64,000 bases of DNA from an uncultured Candidatus Rokubacteria bacterium (GCA_963707305.1 CAVPPZ010000012.1:378370-442369), one strand, 5' to 3'. Shown: positions 10,147 through 20,664, counted from the first letter of the stretch. Notes: generated by a model not told the origin, from the letters alone. Numbers and translations are program-made.

Positions 10147-11406
10147 ATGAGCACGCCGGCGCCCGGCAACCTCCGGATCAAGCTGAAGGCGCTGCGACGG
10201 CGCGTCGCGGCGAGCGCGAGGCCCGGCGCGCGGCCGCCGACGCGCACGCGCACCTGGAAGAGCAGCTCCGTCAGTCGCAGAAGATGGACGCGATCGGCCG
10301 CCTGGCGGGCGGCGTCGCCCACGACTTCAACAACCTCCTCACGGTCATCACCGGCCGCACGTCGCTGCTCCTCGACCTGGCCGCGCCCAGCGACCCCGCG
10401 CGCCGCGATCTCACCCTCGTGCTCGAGGCGGGCGAACGGGCGGCCGCGCTCACGCGCCAGCTCCTCGCGTTCAGCCGCAAGCAGATCCTGCAGCCGCGCG
10501 TGCTCGACCTCACGCGCGTCATCGAGGGGCTCGCGCCGATGCTGCGGCGGGTGATCCGCGAGGACGTCGAGCTCTCGATCGTCTCGCGGGGGGCGGGGAG
10601 CGGCGTGCTCGCGGATCCGGGCCAGCTCGAGCAGGTCGTCATGAACCTCGTGGTCAACGCGCGCGACGCCATGCCGCGCGGCGGCCGCGTCACCATCGAG
10701 ACCGCCAACGTCGAGCTGGACGAGGCGTTCGCGCGCGAGCACGTCGGCGTCCGGCCGGGGCCGCACGTGCGGCTCGCGGTGAGCGACACGGGGATCGGGA
10801 TGGACGCCGCGACCCGGGAGCGGATCTTCGAGCCGTTCTTCACGACCAAGCCGGAAGGCCAGGGCACCGGGCTCGGCCTCGCCACGGTCTTCGGGATCGT
10901 CACGCAGAGCGGCGGCACCATCTGGGTCGACAGCGAGCCGGGCCGCGGGACGACGTTCACGATCTACCTGCCGCGCGTCGAGGACACCACGACGCCGGCG
11001 GCGCCGGCTGCCGCGGGCCGGACGCCGCGCGGAACGGAGACGATCCTGTTCGTGGAGGACGACGACGGCGTGCGATTCGTCGGCGAGGACTCCCTGCGGC
11101 GCACTCGGGTACACCGTGCTCAGCGCCCGGAGCGGCGAGGAGGCGCTGCGGGTCAGCGCCGCGCACGCCGCGCGCATCGCGCTCCTCGTGAGCGACATCG
11201 TCATGCCGGGGATGAGCGGCCCGGACCTGTACGCGCAGCTCGCGCTGGCGCGGCCCGAGATGAAGCTGCTGTTCCTCTCCGGGTACGCGCCCGACGCCGC
11301 CGTGCGCCACGGCGTGCTCGATCCGTCGGTCGCGCTGCTCGAGAAGCCGTTCGGCCCGGACGCGCTCGCGCGCAAGGTGCGCGCGGTCCTCGACGCGCCG
11401 GCCTGA
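10147..11406 (+). CDS. hybrid sensor histidine kinase / response regulator, frame broken twice
   Basis: H-box [12 protein letters not shown]-box [11 protein letters not shown]1 DTGIGM, G2 GTGLGLA, then REC ([27 protein letters not shown]). Breaks ~10215 and ~11085. Confidence 0.8.
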
Positions 11407-11428
11407 GCGGCCGGGCGCGCGGAGCGCG

Positions 11429-11895
11429 CTAGAGCGAGCGCTCCATGTACACGGTCCCGGCCACGGGACTCGGATAGTAGGCCGGGATGCGCGTGAACCC
11501 GAGCGTCTCGTACAGCGCGATCGCTTCCTTCATGCTCGGGCAGGCTATCGAGGCGCATCGCACGATACCCGATGGCGCGCGCGTGATCGATCACCCGCTG
11601 CGCGAGCGCGCGCCCGGCCCCTCGTCCGCGCAACGAGGCGCGCAGGTACAGTCGCTTCATCTCGCACAGATCTTCGCCAAGCGGCCGCAGCGCCACGCAC
11701 CCGGACGCGTCGTCCCCGTCGAAGGCGATGAACGAGCGCCCCGCGCGGCGGCGCGTACGCTCCGGGCAGCGAAGCGACTTCGTCGCCGAACCCTTGATAC
11801 TGAAGATCGACCCCGAGCGACCGTTCGTACTCGAGAAACAGCGCGCGTACGAGCTCGATGTCGTCCGGGCTCACAGCGGGAACGATGCTCAGCAT
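11429..11895 (-). CDS. GNAT family N-acetyltransferase, frame broken twice
   Basis: [31 protein letters not shown].. / ..[43 protein letters not shown] / [21 protein letters not shown]. Breaks ~11735 and ~11540. Confidence 0.7.
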
Positions 11896-11989
11896 GGTGG
11901 GGATGTCATCCGCTCGAGCAGTTTACCCATTTCCGATCGTGACCAGCGAGCGAGCGGCAGAAGTAGGCGTGTGTTTCTGCCTGGGGGGT

Positions 11990-12019
11990 ATCGGGGGGAG
12001 CGGGCTCGCTCCCCCCGAT
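11990..12019 (-). terminator. G/C-run hairpin 10 nt downstream of the diiron gene stop (no U-tract)
   Basis: atcggggggagcg / ggct / cgctccccccgat, 13-bp perfect stem. Confidence 0.4.
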
Positions 12020-12029
12020 GTCAACCGAT

Positions 12030-12995
12030 CTAGGCCAGCAGTCCGATCTCCCGGTAGCGCGGCGCGATGCGCTCTGAGATAAGTCCGAGTCGCACGAGCC
12101 GAGGCATCAAGTTTTCGCCGAAGAGAAAACTATTAAAATGCTTCGTCGTCTGTGAGTTCGCCACCGTATCCCGCCAGATCTTGTCCGCGTCCCAGCCCAT
12201 CTCCGTCCACACCTGCTTGATCGACTGGAACCCCGTGCGCTCGTCGCGGCCGTAGAGGAGGTCGCACGCCTTGAAGCAGAAGTCCTCGAGGTACTCGCGC
12301 TTGGCCGCGTCCATCGAGGGGATCGCGCGCCGCAGCGCGAAGTACCCGAAGTTGACGTGCCGCCCTTCGTCCTGCATCACGTAGTCGAGCAGCGTGGAGA
12401 GGGTCGGGTCCGCCGTCTGCTTGCGCATCACGTTGAAGGCCGCGATCGCCAGGCCCTCCACGAGCATCTGCATGCCGACCAGCTTCAGCTCCCACAGGTT
12501 GGTCGCGAGGATCTCGTCCAGGAGGGCCTTCAGCAGCGGGTCGACGGGATAGATCTTGTGGAGCTTCTTGACGTACCGCTCGAACACCTCGACGTGACGG
12601 CCCTCGTCGACGACCTGCGTGGAGGCGTAGAGCTTGGCGTCCAGCTCGGGGATCGAGTTCACGAGCTGGCCGCACACGACCAGCGCCCCTTGCTCGCCGT
12701 GCAGGAACTGCGAGAGCCGCCAGGCGGAGATGCGGATCTCGATCTCCTTCTGCTCTTCCGGGCTCAGCCGCGTGAAGAAGTTCGTGCCGGCGAACGCGAG
12801 CGAGGTGTTGAGGACGGGGCCTTCGGTCCCGATGGGCTTGCTCCAGTCGATCGCGATGCTGCCGTTCCACTGGTTCTTCTTGGCCGTTTCGTACAGCGTG
12901 TCGAGCTCCTCGTGCGTCGGCTCGTAGTCGAAGTCCCACAGGGTGTCGAGCTGGTACGAGACGCGACGCGCGGGCGCGGCGGTGGAGGTCGTCAT
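12030..12995 (-). CDS. ferritin-like diiron oxygenase (AurF-like family suspected)
   Basis: Two E-x-x-H motifs (DEGRHVE, DEGRHVN) plus upstream carboxylates (HGEQGA, LVEGLA). Start chosen at MTTSTAAP with GAAGGGG upstream; the ORF extends to 13070, which would overlap the divergent gene. Confidence 0.65.
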   Translation of the reverse strand: MTTSTAAPARRVSYQLDTLWDFDYEPTHEELDTLYETAKKNQWNGSIAIDWSKPIGTEGPVLNTSLAFAGTNFFTRLSPEEQKEIEIRISAWRLSQFLHGEQGALVVCGQLVNSIPELDAKLYASTQVVDEGRHVEVFERYVKKLHKIYPVDPLLKALLDEILATNLWELKLVGMQMLVEGLAIAAFNVMRKQTADPTLSTLLDYVMQDEGRHVNFGYFALRRAIPSMDAAKREYLEDFCFKACDLLYGRDERTGFQSIKQVWTEMGWDADKIWRDTVANSQTTKHFNSFLFGENLMPRLVRLGLISERIAPRYREIGLLA

Positions 12996-13015
12996 CAGGC
13001 GTGCCCCTTCTGACT

Positions 13016-13035
13016 GAATGAATGGTCGTTCATTC
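13016..13035. promoter_or_regulatory. inverted repeat GAATGAA-N6-TTCATTC in the divergent intergenic region (operator candidate)
   Basis: Lies between the diiron gene start (12995, -) and the MBL gene start (13069, +), followed by TATAGCCT (13041-13047), a -10-like box. Confidence 0.35.
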
Positions 13036-13068
13036 GGATTATAGCCTGACGGCGACGCGTGGAGTACC

Positions 13069-13773
13069 ATGACGCCCGTGAGTGAGAACGCGATCTATCT
13101 CAAGCAGATGGAGCTCGGGCCGATGCAGAACTTCGTCTACCTGGTGGGGGACCCCGTCGCCCGCCAGTGCGTGGTCGTCGACCCGGCCTGGGAGATCGAC
13201 ACGATCGTGGACACGGCGGCCGCCGACGGGATGACCATCACCGGCGCGCTGGTCACGCACACCCACCAGGACCACGTGGGCGGCAGCCTCGAGTCGTGGG
13301 GCATGCCCGGCCGGATTCCCGGCGTCGAGGAGCTGCTGGGCCGCGTGCCGCTGAAGGTGTACGTCCACAAGGCGGAGCGCGAGTTCCTGCGGGGGTTCGG
13401 CTCCGACCTGGTGAAGGTCGACAACCACGACACCCTGCCCGTCGGGCGGCTCACGCTCCAGTTCCTCCACACCCCGGGGCACACGCCGGGCTCCCAGTGC
13501 TTCCTCGTCGACGGGCGGCTGATCTCCGGAGACACGCTGTTCATCGGGTCGTGCGGGCGGACGGACCTGCCGGGCAGCGACCCGGCGGAGATGTACTACT
13601 CGCTCACCCAGCGGCTCGGCGCCCTGCCCGACGACACCGTCCTGCTGCCCGGGCACAACTATGGCGGGGAGGCCTCGACCATCGGGCGCGAGAAGCGGCA
13701 GAACCAGTTCATGCAGTTCCCGTCGCTGCACGACTTCCTCGGCGTCATGGGCGGCAAGCGCCTGCGGCTCTGA
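13069..13773 (+). CDS. MBL-fold metallo-hydrolase (glyoxalase II-like)
   Basis: H-x-H-x-D-H motif THTHQDHVGG; later HTPGHTPGS and D..FIGSCGRTD. Confidence 0.85.
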   Translation: MTPVSENAIYLKQMELGPMQNFVYLVGDPVARQCVVVDPAWEIDTIVDTAAADGMTITGALVTHTHQDHVGGSLESWGMPGRIPGVEELLGRVPLKVYVHKAEREFLRGFGSDLVKVDNHDTLPVGRLTLQFLHTPGHTPGSQCFLVDGRLISGDTLFIGSCGRTDLPGSDPAEMYYSLTQRLGALPDDTVLLPGHNYGGEASTIGREKRQNQFMQFPSLHDFLGVMGGKRLRL

Positions 13774-13821
13774 CGCCACTATTCTTGACGCTCCGCGAGA
13801 GCGTGTGCTGTGATCGCTTGA

Positions 13822-14421
13822 ATGTCCCGCCTCGAGAATTGGCTCAAGTCGCGCTTCATCGCTGGCTTCTTCTTCACGGTCCCGGTGGTCGCCACCGCGT
13901 GGCTCCTCTGGAAGTTCTGGGCGGGCATCGACGACATCTTCGGGCCGATGTACGAGCGGATCGTCGGCCGGCCGGTCCCGGGGCTCGGCTTTCTCACCGC
14001 GATCGGCGTGATCCTGCTCATGGGGATCATCGCGCGCAACGTCGTGGGGCGGCGCGTGCTCGCGCTCGGCGACCAGATCCTCCTGCGCGTGCCGATCTAC
14101 CGGCGGCTCTATCCCTCGGTCAAGATGCTGATCGACTCGTTCTCGCCCGAACGGCGGAGCGCGTTCCGGGCGGTGGTGCTGATCCAGCACCCGCGGCCGG
14201 GTGAGTACGCGTTCGGCTTCGTCACGAGCGAGGTCACCGTGGAGACGCCCGAGGGCAAGCGCGAGATGGTCACCGTGTTCATCCCGAGCAACAACCTCTA
14301 CCTCGGCGACATCACGGTCGTGTCGCGCACCGATGTGATCGCGACCGGCCTGACCGTGGAGGAAGGCGTGCGCATCATCCTCTCCGCGGGGACCGCGACG
14401 CCGCCACGCCTTCCGCGCTAG
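13822..14421 (+). CDS. DUF502 family membrane protein
   Basis: FFFTVPVVATAWLLWKFW..GLGFLTAIGVILLMGIIARN..LLRVPIYRRLYPSVKMLIDSF, typical DUF502 layout. Confidence 0.7.
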   Translation: MSRLENWLKSRFIAGFFFTVPVVATAWLLWKFWAGIDDIFGPMYERIVGRPVPGLGFLTAIGVILLMGIIARNVVGRRVLALGDQILLRVPIYRRLYPSVKMLIDSFSPERRSAFRAVVLIQHPRPGEYAFGFVTSEVTVETPEGKREMVTVFIPSNNLYLGDITVVSRTDVIATGLTVEEGVRIILSAGTATPPRLPR

Positions 14422-15069
14422 GCGGCCGCGCCGCCCGCCACCGCGCGCGCCCACGCGCCGACGATCTCCCCCAGCGGGAACAGCTTGCCGAAGAAGAAAT
14501 GATCGGCGCCCTCCACCGTGCGCACGGTCGCGTGGGGGACCGTGCGCCCCAGACGCTCGAGCGCGTCGCGCGGACAGTAGGTGTCCGCCGTGCCGGCGAC
14601 GAGCAGCAGGTGGCCCTTGACCGCCGCGAGGTCGCCGAGGTCGGCCAGCGCCGGCATCGCGAGCGCCGGGGCGATGAGCGCCACGCCGGCGAGCGGGCGC
14701 CGCATGGCGACCCGGGCCGTGACGGCCGCGCCGAACGAGTAGCCGGCCGCGGCGAGCGCGGCGCCCGGTGGAAGCAGGCCGGCCAGGTGATCGAGCGCCG
14801 CGCGGAGGTCGTCCTGCTCGCCGCGCCCCTCGTCGTGGCCGCCCGTCGAGCCGCCCACCCCGCGGAAGTTGAAGCGGAGGGTGGCGAGCGCCGCCTCGCG
14901 GCAGACTTCCGCGGCGCGGATCACCACGGGGTTGTCCATGTCGCCGCCGTACAAGCGGATGAGGATGGCAGAGCGCGACGCCGCCAGCGGCGCCCGGGGG
15001 GATCGCGACCTGCGCTTCGAGCTGGATGGTGGGGCCAACGGGCACGGTCACGGGCCGTTCGTTTATCAT
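14418..15069 (-). CDS. alpha/beta hydrolase, one frame break
   Basis: MINERPVTVPVGPTIQLEAQVAIPPGAAGGVALCHPHPL / YGGDMDNPVV..; nucleophile elbow GYSFGA; C-terminal ..GADHFF. Break ~14950. Confidence 0.7.
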
Positions 15070-15113
15070 CGCCGCATGAGAATACCGGCGGGGTGGTGGG
15101 CCGTCCAACGGGC

Positions 15114-15698
15114 GTGTTGACCTGCTACAGAGCTCGCAAGCGGCTGGGCGCCTACCTCGACGGCGCGCTCGGCGAGGGTGACGTCCGCTGGACGGAGCGT
15201 CACCTCGCCGCGTGCGCCGCCTGTCAGGCCGAGGTCGGCCAGCTGCGCCAGATCAAGGCGCTCGTCGCCGAGGCCGTCGCGGTCCCCGAGCCCGACTGGA
15301 CCGGCTTCTTCCCCGGCATCGTGCGCGGGATCCAGGACGAGCAGCGCGAGCAGGCGTCCGCGCCGGCCCGGCCCGGATGGCGCTGGTGGCCGCAATGGGC
15401 CATGGGCGGCGCCGCGGTGGCGACCGCCGCGCTGGCGCTGGTGCTGTGGCACGGCGGCCGCGTCCCGCTGCCCGCGGAGGCCAGCGTCCGGGTCCATGCC
15501 GCCGACACGGAGGATCCCGGCGCGACGGTGATGGTCTATACGTCGGCCGAGAAGGACCTCGCGGTGGTCTGGCTCTTACACGGATTCGACAGGGGAGCTC
15601 CAGGCGGGCCCCCCCGCCTCCGCTGCAGGAGCTCTTCAGCGTCGTCAGGCGGTCGCGGGCGAGCGGCGTCTCTTCGGCCTGCGGGAAGTTGTCGATGA
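15114..15698 (+). CDS. zf-HC2 anti-sigma factor-like membrane protein (3' end uncertain)
   Basis: H-x3-C-x2-C motif ERHLAACAAC, then TM WWPQWAMGGAAVATAALALVLW. The ORF tail overlaps the convergent ybgF end and crosses a C7 run. Confidence 0.55.
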   Translation: MLTCYRARKRLGAYLDGALGEGDVRWTERHLAACAACQAEVGQLRQIKALVAEAVAVPEPDWTGFFPGIVRGIQDEQREQASAPARPGWRWWPQWAMGGAAVATAALALVLWHGGRVPLPAEASVRVHAADTEDPGATVMVYTSAEKDLAVVWLLHGFDRGAPGGPPRLRCRSSSASSGGRGRAASLRPAGSCR

Positions 15699-16505
15699 GG
15701 TACTCGCAGGCGCTGCTTGCGCGAGCGCCGGCTGCTTCAGGTCGATCAGCGCGAGCGCCTCCTTGAAGAGCGCCGCCGGCACCTTCTCGCCGCGCGGATA
15801 GTTCCTCGACACCAGCTGGAACTCGGTCACCGCCTGCTCGAGCGCCTCGCGCGCCCGATCCGGCTGGTTCTGGTTCGCGTGGCTCCGGGCCAGGCTGAAG
15901 TGCGCCTCGCCGATCCAGTACTGCGCGTTGCCGGCCAGCTCGTGGTCCGGGAACCGGCGGAGGAACTCGCGGAACCCCGCGATCGACAGCGCGTAGCTCC
16001 CCTTGCTGAAGTCGAGGTACGCCGCCTGATAGATGTCCTGCGGCTGCAACGACCCGGTCGTGGGCCGCGAGGTGACGGCCGGCGGTGGCGCCGGGGCCGG
16101 CGCCGCGGCGGCCGGCGGAGCGGCCCCGGGTGCGGGCGGCGCGCCCGTGCGCGGCGGCGCGCTGCGAAGCTGGCGGTTCAGCGCTTCCACGCGCGTGCTC
16201 ATCTCGTCGACACGCCCCGAGAGGGCGACGACCGTGGACGAGAGGGACTCGAGGCGCTGCGTGAGAGTCGCGAGCTGTCGCTCGGCGGCGGTGGTGTGCT
16301 CGCGCGCGCGCCGCTCGCTCTGGGTGGACGCCGCCTCGTTCTCGCTCTTCGCTCGCTGGAGGGCGAGCTGCAGCGCCGCCACGTCCGCGCGGAGCTGCAT
16401 CAGGTCTTGCTGGGTGGCGGTGCCGGTCACCTCGGCGGCCGCCGCGCAGCCACCCAGCGAAACGAGAAGGGCGAGGAGGAGGAGCCCGCAACTGCGGACC
16501 CCCAA
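15576..16505 (-). CDS. ybgF: Tol-Pal system protein YbgF/CpoB (3' end approximate, frame break ~15715)
   Basis: Signal/lipobox LVSLGGC, long coiled coil, Pro/Ala linker, TPR-like YQAAYLDFSKGSYALSIAGFREFLRRFPDHELAGNAQYWIGEAHF. Last gene of the tol-pal cluster. Confidence 0.75.
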
Positions 16506-16532
16506 ACCCCCTCGCCCTGAAGTCAGCCGACG

Positions 16533-17136
16533 TTAGCGGGGCTTGACGAGGAACTGGGCGCGACGATTCTTGCTCCAGCACTCTTCGTTCTTCTGGGTGC
16601 AGACGGGCCGCTCTTCACCGTAACTGATGATGGTGATGCGGCTGGCCTGGACACCCTGCGAGACCAGGTAATTCATCGTGGACTTCGCGCGCCGCTCGCC
16701 CAGCGCCAGGTTGTACTCGTTGGTGCCGCGCTCGTCGCAGTGGCCTTCGATGAGGACCAGCTGCTCGGCGTTCGACTTCAGCCACTGGGCGTTGGCGTCG
16801 AGGACGCTTGCGCGTCGGCCGGGCGGATGTCGTACCGGTCGAAGTCGAAGTAGATCGGCTTCAGCTCGGGGATGGCCGTGAATTCCTTCGGCGTCGGCCG
16901 CGCCGCCGGCGCGGGCGTCGCGGGGGCCGCCGTCGCGGGAGGAGTCGGCCGGCTGCTGCGGCGCGAGCGCCGGCGGTTGCGCCGCCGCTGCCTCCGGTGC
17001 TCCCGGTGGCGGTGGCGGCGCCGGTGGGTGCGGGCGCGGCGGCCGCGGTGGTTGCGGGCCGCTTGGCGCAGCCGGCGAAGAGCGCCGTGCCGATCACCAA
17101 TGTCGCAACAAGCAGGTGAGAACCGCGGGTCACCAT
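16533..17136 (-). CDS. pal: peptidoglycan-associated lipoprotein Pal, frame broken
   Basis: AAGGAGG RBS; lipobox LFAGC; OmpA-like C-terminus [47 protein letters not shown]. Breaks ~16960 and ~16810. Confidence 0.8.
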
Positions 17137-17189
17137 GACTCCTCCTTTTCGCACTCTCAGCGTGGGTTTCACAGCGACGGCCAATCCTA

Positions 17190-18525
17190 TCACGGCAGTC
17201 GAGGCGACCACGAAGGACTGGTGCTTCCGTCGATCCGCGCGTGACCGGAGTCTGCGCCGATCCGTCGCCGAGCATCGAGAAGATCTGCCAGCGCGCCGAG
17301 CCGGTTCGTCTGGAACATCAAGTGACGGCCGTTCGGCGCCCACGTGGGTCCCTGGTTGTCGCCCGGACCGGACGTGAGCCGGCGGGCATTCGAGCCGTCC
17401 ACGTTGACCGCCCAGATGTCGTGCGTGCCCTGGCGCATCGTGTAGACGATGACGTCGCCCTTCGGCGACCAGCGCGGCTGCGTGTGGACGTCCTCCGGAC
17501 GTCAGTGGCCGCACGCCGGCGCCTTCGGCGTCCATCACGTACACGTGCGGCGGGCCGCTCCGGTCGGAGATGAAGGCGATCTCGCGTCCGGAGGGCGACC
17601 ACGTCGGCTCGGTGTCGATGCCCGCGTGCCGCGTGAGGCGTCGCAGCGTGCCGGTGGCGACCGCGAGCACGTAGATCTCCGGGTTCCCGTCCTTGGACAG
17701 CGTCAGGGCGACGTTCTTGCCGTCCGGGCTCCACGCGGGCGAGCTGTTGATGCCGTTGTACGCGGCGAGCGTCTGCGCGGGCCGGCGCTCGAACGGGAAG
17801 GCGCGATAGAGGTCCGGATACCCTTGCACGAACGACGTGTACGCGAGCGAGCGCGCGTCGGGGCTCCACATCGGCATGAGATTGATCGAGCCGTTGCGCG
17901 TCACGGGCGTGGTGCCCGCGCCGTCGTAGTCGGCCATCACGATCTCTTTCTGGCCGGTGCGCCCGGAGACGAACGCGATCTTCGTGTCCGCCACGCCCGG
18001 CTCGCCGGTGAACTGCAGCACCACGTCGTCGGCGATCTTGTGCGAGAGCCGGCGCCACTGCGAGGCGGGCAGCTGGAACTTGCGCGTGGCGATCTGGCGG
18101 TGCTCCGGCGTGGTGAGATCGTAGAGCCGCATCTCGGTCTCGGTCTGGTCGCCGCGGAAGCTGACGAGCCCGTGCAGGCCGGCATGCGCGCCGGCGGCCG
18201 CGAACTCCGTCCACGACTGCTTGAGCGCGGCCGGGTTGTTCGCGGGGATCGCGCCCGACGCCGCCACGACGGAGAACATCTGCGAGAAGGTGAGGTCGTC
18301 GCCGGTGACGCTCGCGAGCTGTTTCGCGAGGCCGCCGGTGTCGGTGCCGGCCACCACCGTGAACTCCGGGATGGCGATGTTGAGCTTCTTCGTGCCGCCC
18401 GCGGTGACGTCCACCCACACTTCGGTGGGCTTCTGCGCGGCGAGGCGCGGCGGGTGCGCGACGGACAGCAGCACAGCGAGGACCAGCGCCCCCGCCACGG
18501 AAGCGGTCATGCTCAGGCGTCTCAC
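17190..18525 (-). CDS. tolB: Tol-Pal system beta-propeller protein TolB, frame broken
   Basis: Signal peptide, N-terminal TolB domain, repeats SPAWSPDGKNVAL, PTWSPSGREIAF, GPTWAPNGRHLMF. Breaks ~17515 and ~17290. Confidence 0.85.
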
Positions 18526-18529
18526 GTCA

Positions 18530-19399
18530 TTACCCTCGCGTTCCGGCGTAGTTGAAGCCGAGATGGACCTTGAGGAAGGAGTCCTTGAAGTCGTCGGGGA
18601 GCGGCGGGAGCGGCGCGGCGTCGGTGATCGCGCGCAGCGCGGCCTGGTCGTAGAGCGGGTTGCCGGAGCTCCGCTCCACCTTCAGCCCGGTGACCTTGCC
18701 GTCGCGCCCGATCTCGAACACGACCTGCGGCTGGCTGCCATCGCGCGCCTGGCCTTCCCATTTCTCGCTGATCTTCCGCTGCACCTGGCGCAGGTACCAC
18801 GCGAACGGAAAGTCGCTCGCGTTCAGCGTCACCGCGCCGACGCCCTGTGGCGAGCCCGTGGGGAGCCCGCGGGGCGGCGGCGGAGGCGGCGACGCGGGCC
18901 GGCTGACGGGTCCGGCACTCGGGGGCGCCGGCGTCGTGCTCGCGACGCGCGGCAGCTCTTTCTCACCGGGGCGCAGCGCCGGCGCGGGCGCGCGCGTGGG
19001 CAGCGAGCGATCCGGCAGAGCCACGCTCTCGCGGGGCGCCGGCGCCCGATCGGGAAGCTCCGTCGGGCGCGAGGCCGTGCGCTCCGGGGCGCGCGTCGTC
19101 TCGCGTTCGGGCAACGCCGGCGGCGCGGTCGGACGCGGATCGGCCGTCTTGGGCGGCGTCGGCTCGGGCGCGCGCGTGCGGCCCTGCGGCGAGCCGACCG
19201 CCGCGATCGCGGGAACGAGGTTCACGACGTACGCCTTCGGTTGCGTCGTGCGCCAGACGTAGCTCGAGACCACGATGATCGCGATGAGCGCGGCGTGCAG
19301 GGCGACGGAGACCGCGAGACCGCTCACGGGGACGCGCCGGCGCTCCAGGGCGGGGCCGGGGCGTGGACGCAGGCGCAGCGTGGCGGTCACCACCGCCAT
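18530..19399 (-). CDS. tolA: TolA / TonB-family energy transducer
   Basis: N-terminal TM, Pro-rich spacer, TonB_C-like end YLRQVQRKISEKW..VVFEIGRDGKVTGLKVERSSGNPLYDQAALRAI. Context between tolR and tolB. Confidence 0.75.
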   Translation of the reverse strand: MAVVTATLRLRPRPGPALERRRVPVSGLAVSVALHAALIAIIVVSSYVWRTTQPKAYVVNLVPAIAAVGSPQGRTRAPEPTPPKTADPRPTAPPALPERETTRAPERTASRPTELPDRAPAPRESVALPDRSLPTRAPAPALRPGEKELPRVASTTPAPPSAGPVSRPASPPPPPPRGLPTGSPQGVGAVTLNASDFPFAWYLRQVQRKISEKWEGQARDGSQPQVVFEIGRDGKVTGLKVERSSGNPLYDQAALRAITDAAPLPPLPDDFKDSFLKVHLGFNYAGTRG

Positions 19400-19830
19400 C
19401 AGCGCTCCCGGATCGGCTCGGTGACCATCCCCAGGCGTTCGATGCCCGCGCGCCGCACACGATCCATCGTCTCGATGACCGCTCCGTAGGACAGACCGGC
19501 GTCCGCCTTGAGGTAGAGCGTGCTGTCCGTGCGGCCCTTGAACGCCTCGCGGAGCTGGGTGTCCAGCGACGTCAGGGGCACGGGCTTGTCGTTGAGGAAG
19601 AGCGCGCGGTCCTTGGTGACGGTGAGGATCATCCGCTCTTCGACGGCCGTGGGCCGCGCCGCGGCCCTGGGCAGGTTCACGTCGATGCCGCGGTACATCA
19701 TCGGCGCCGTCAGCATGAAGATGAGGAGCAGCACGAGGACGACGTCGACGAGCGGGATGATGTTGATCTCGGCGAGCGACGTGCCGACGCGCCGGCTGTC
19801 GCCGCCTCCCGCGTCGAAATTAAAGGCCAT
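19399..19830 (-). CDS. tolR: TolR (ExbD/TolR family)
   Basis: EINIIPLVDVVLVLLLIFMLTAP motif; ATGA overlap with the tolA start. Confidence 0.85.
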   Translation of the reverse strand: MAFNFDAGGGDSRRVGTSLAEINIIPLVDVVLVLLLIFMLTAPMMYRGIDVNLPRAAARPTAVEERMILTVTKDRALFLNDKPVPLTSLDTQLREAFKGRTDSTLYLKADAGLSYGAVIETMDRVRRAGIERLGMVTEPIRER

Positions 19831-20552
19831 CTTTGGCCGGTCGCGCGAGCTTCGCCACGGGGCGGGCCGACGAGGTTCAGGAGATCGAGCGTGAATCCCT
19901 CCATCTCGGTGGCCCAGTGCCGGACGCGGTTGACGAAGTAGTTGTAGCCGATGACCGCGGGGATCGCCGCGGCCAGGCCGAACGCGGTCGCGATGAGCGC
20001 TTCCGAGATACCCGGCGCGACGACGGCGAGGTTCGCGGAGCCTTGCTGGCCGATGCCGTGGAACGAGGCCATGATGCCCCACACGGTGCCGAACAGCCCG
20101 ATGAACGGCGCGGCGCTGGCCGTCGTGGCGAGGAACGGCAGATACCGCTCGAGCCGCGCGATCTCGAGGCCGGAGGCGCGCCGCATGGCGCGATGCACCG
20201 CATCGAGCCGCTCGCCGCTCAGTCCGTCCTCGTTGTCGTCGATCACGTGGTCCACGACCTCGGAGATGCCGGACACTTCCTGATGCGCGGCGATGTACAG
20301 CGCGGCCAGCGGACTGTCGCGCAGCTTTCTCGCCGCCGCGAGCACGACGGACGGCCGCCGCCCCTCACGAAACGCCCGGAGGAACGCCACCGTGTTGGTC
20401 CGGACACGACGCATCTGCCACCACTTGTCCGCGATGAGCGCCCAGCTCACGATCGAGAACACCACCAGCAGCCCCAGCACCGCCTTGGCGACGGGCCCGG
20501 CCTGCCAGACGAGATCGAGGACGTTGCTACCGAGGGCGTCAGAGGTGGGCAA
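19820..20552 (-). CDS. tolQ: TolQ (MotA/TolQ/ExbB channel), frame break near 3' end
   Basis: LATTASAAPFIGLFGTVWGIM..LAVVAPGISEALIATAFGLAAAIPAVIGYNYF. TTG start with AAGGAG RBS. Break ~19865; the corrected frame stops at 19820-19822. Confidence 0.85.
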
Positions 20553-20664
20553 CGCGCACTCCTTTTCCTTCGATCATGATAGCCAAGATAGCCAACGCCG
20601 TCTCGGGGTGTCAACTTTTTGGCTGGAAAATCAAGGCCTTTCCCGTATAACGGGTCGCGTGAGG

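Noticed and set aside
13039-15108. 689-aa minus-strand ORF
   Set aside because: Mostly antisense to the MBL hydrolase and DUF502 genes. Only its first ~40 codons (MINERPVTVPVG...) are the true N-terminus of the alpha/beta hydrolase, before a frame break.
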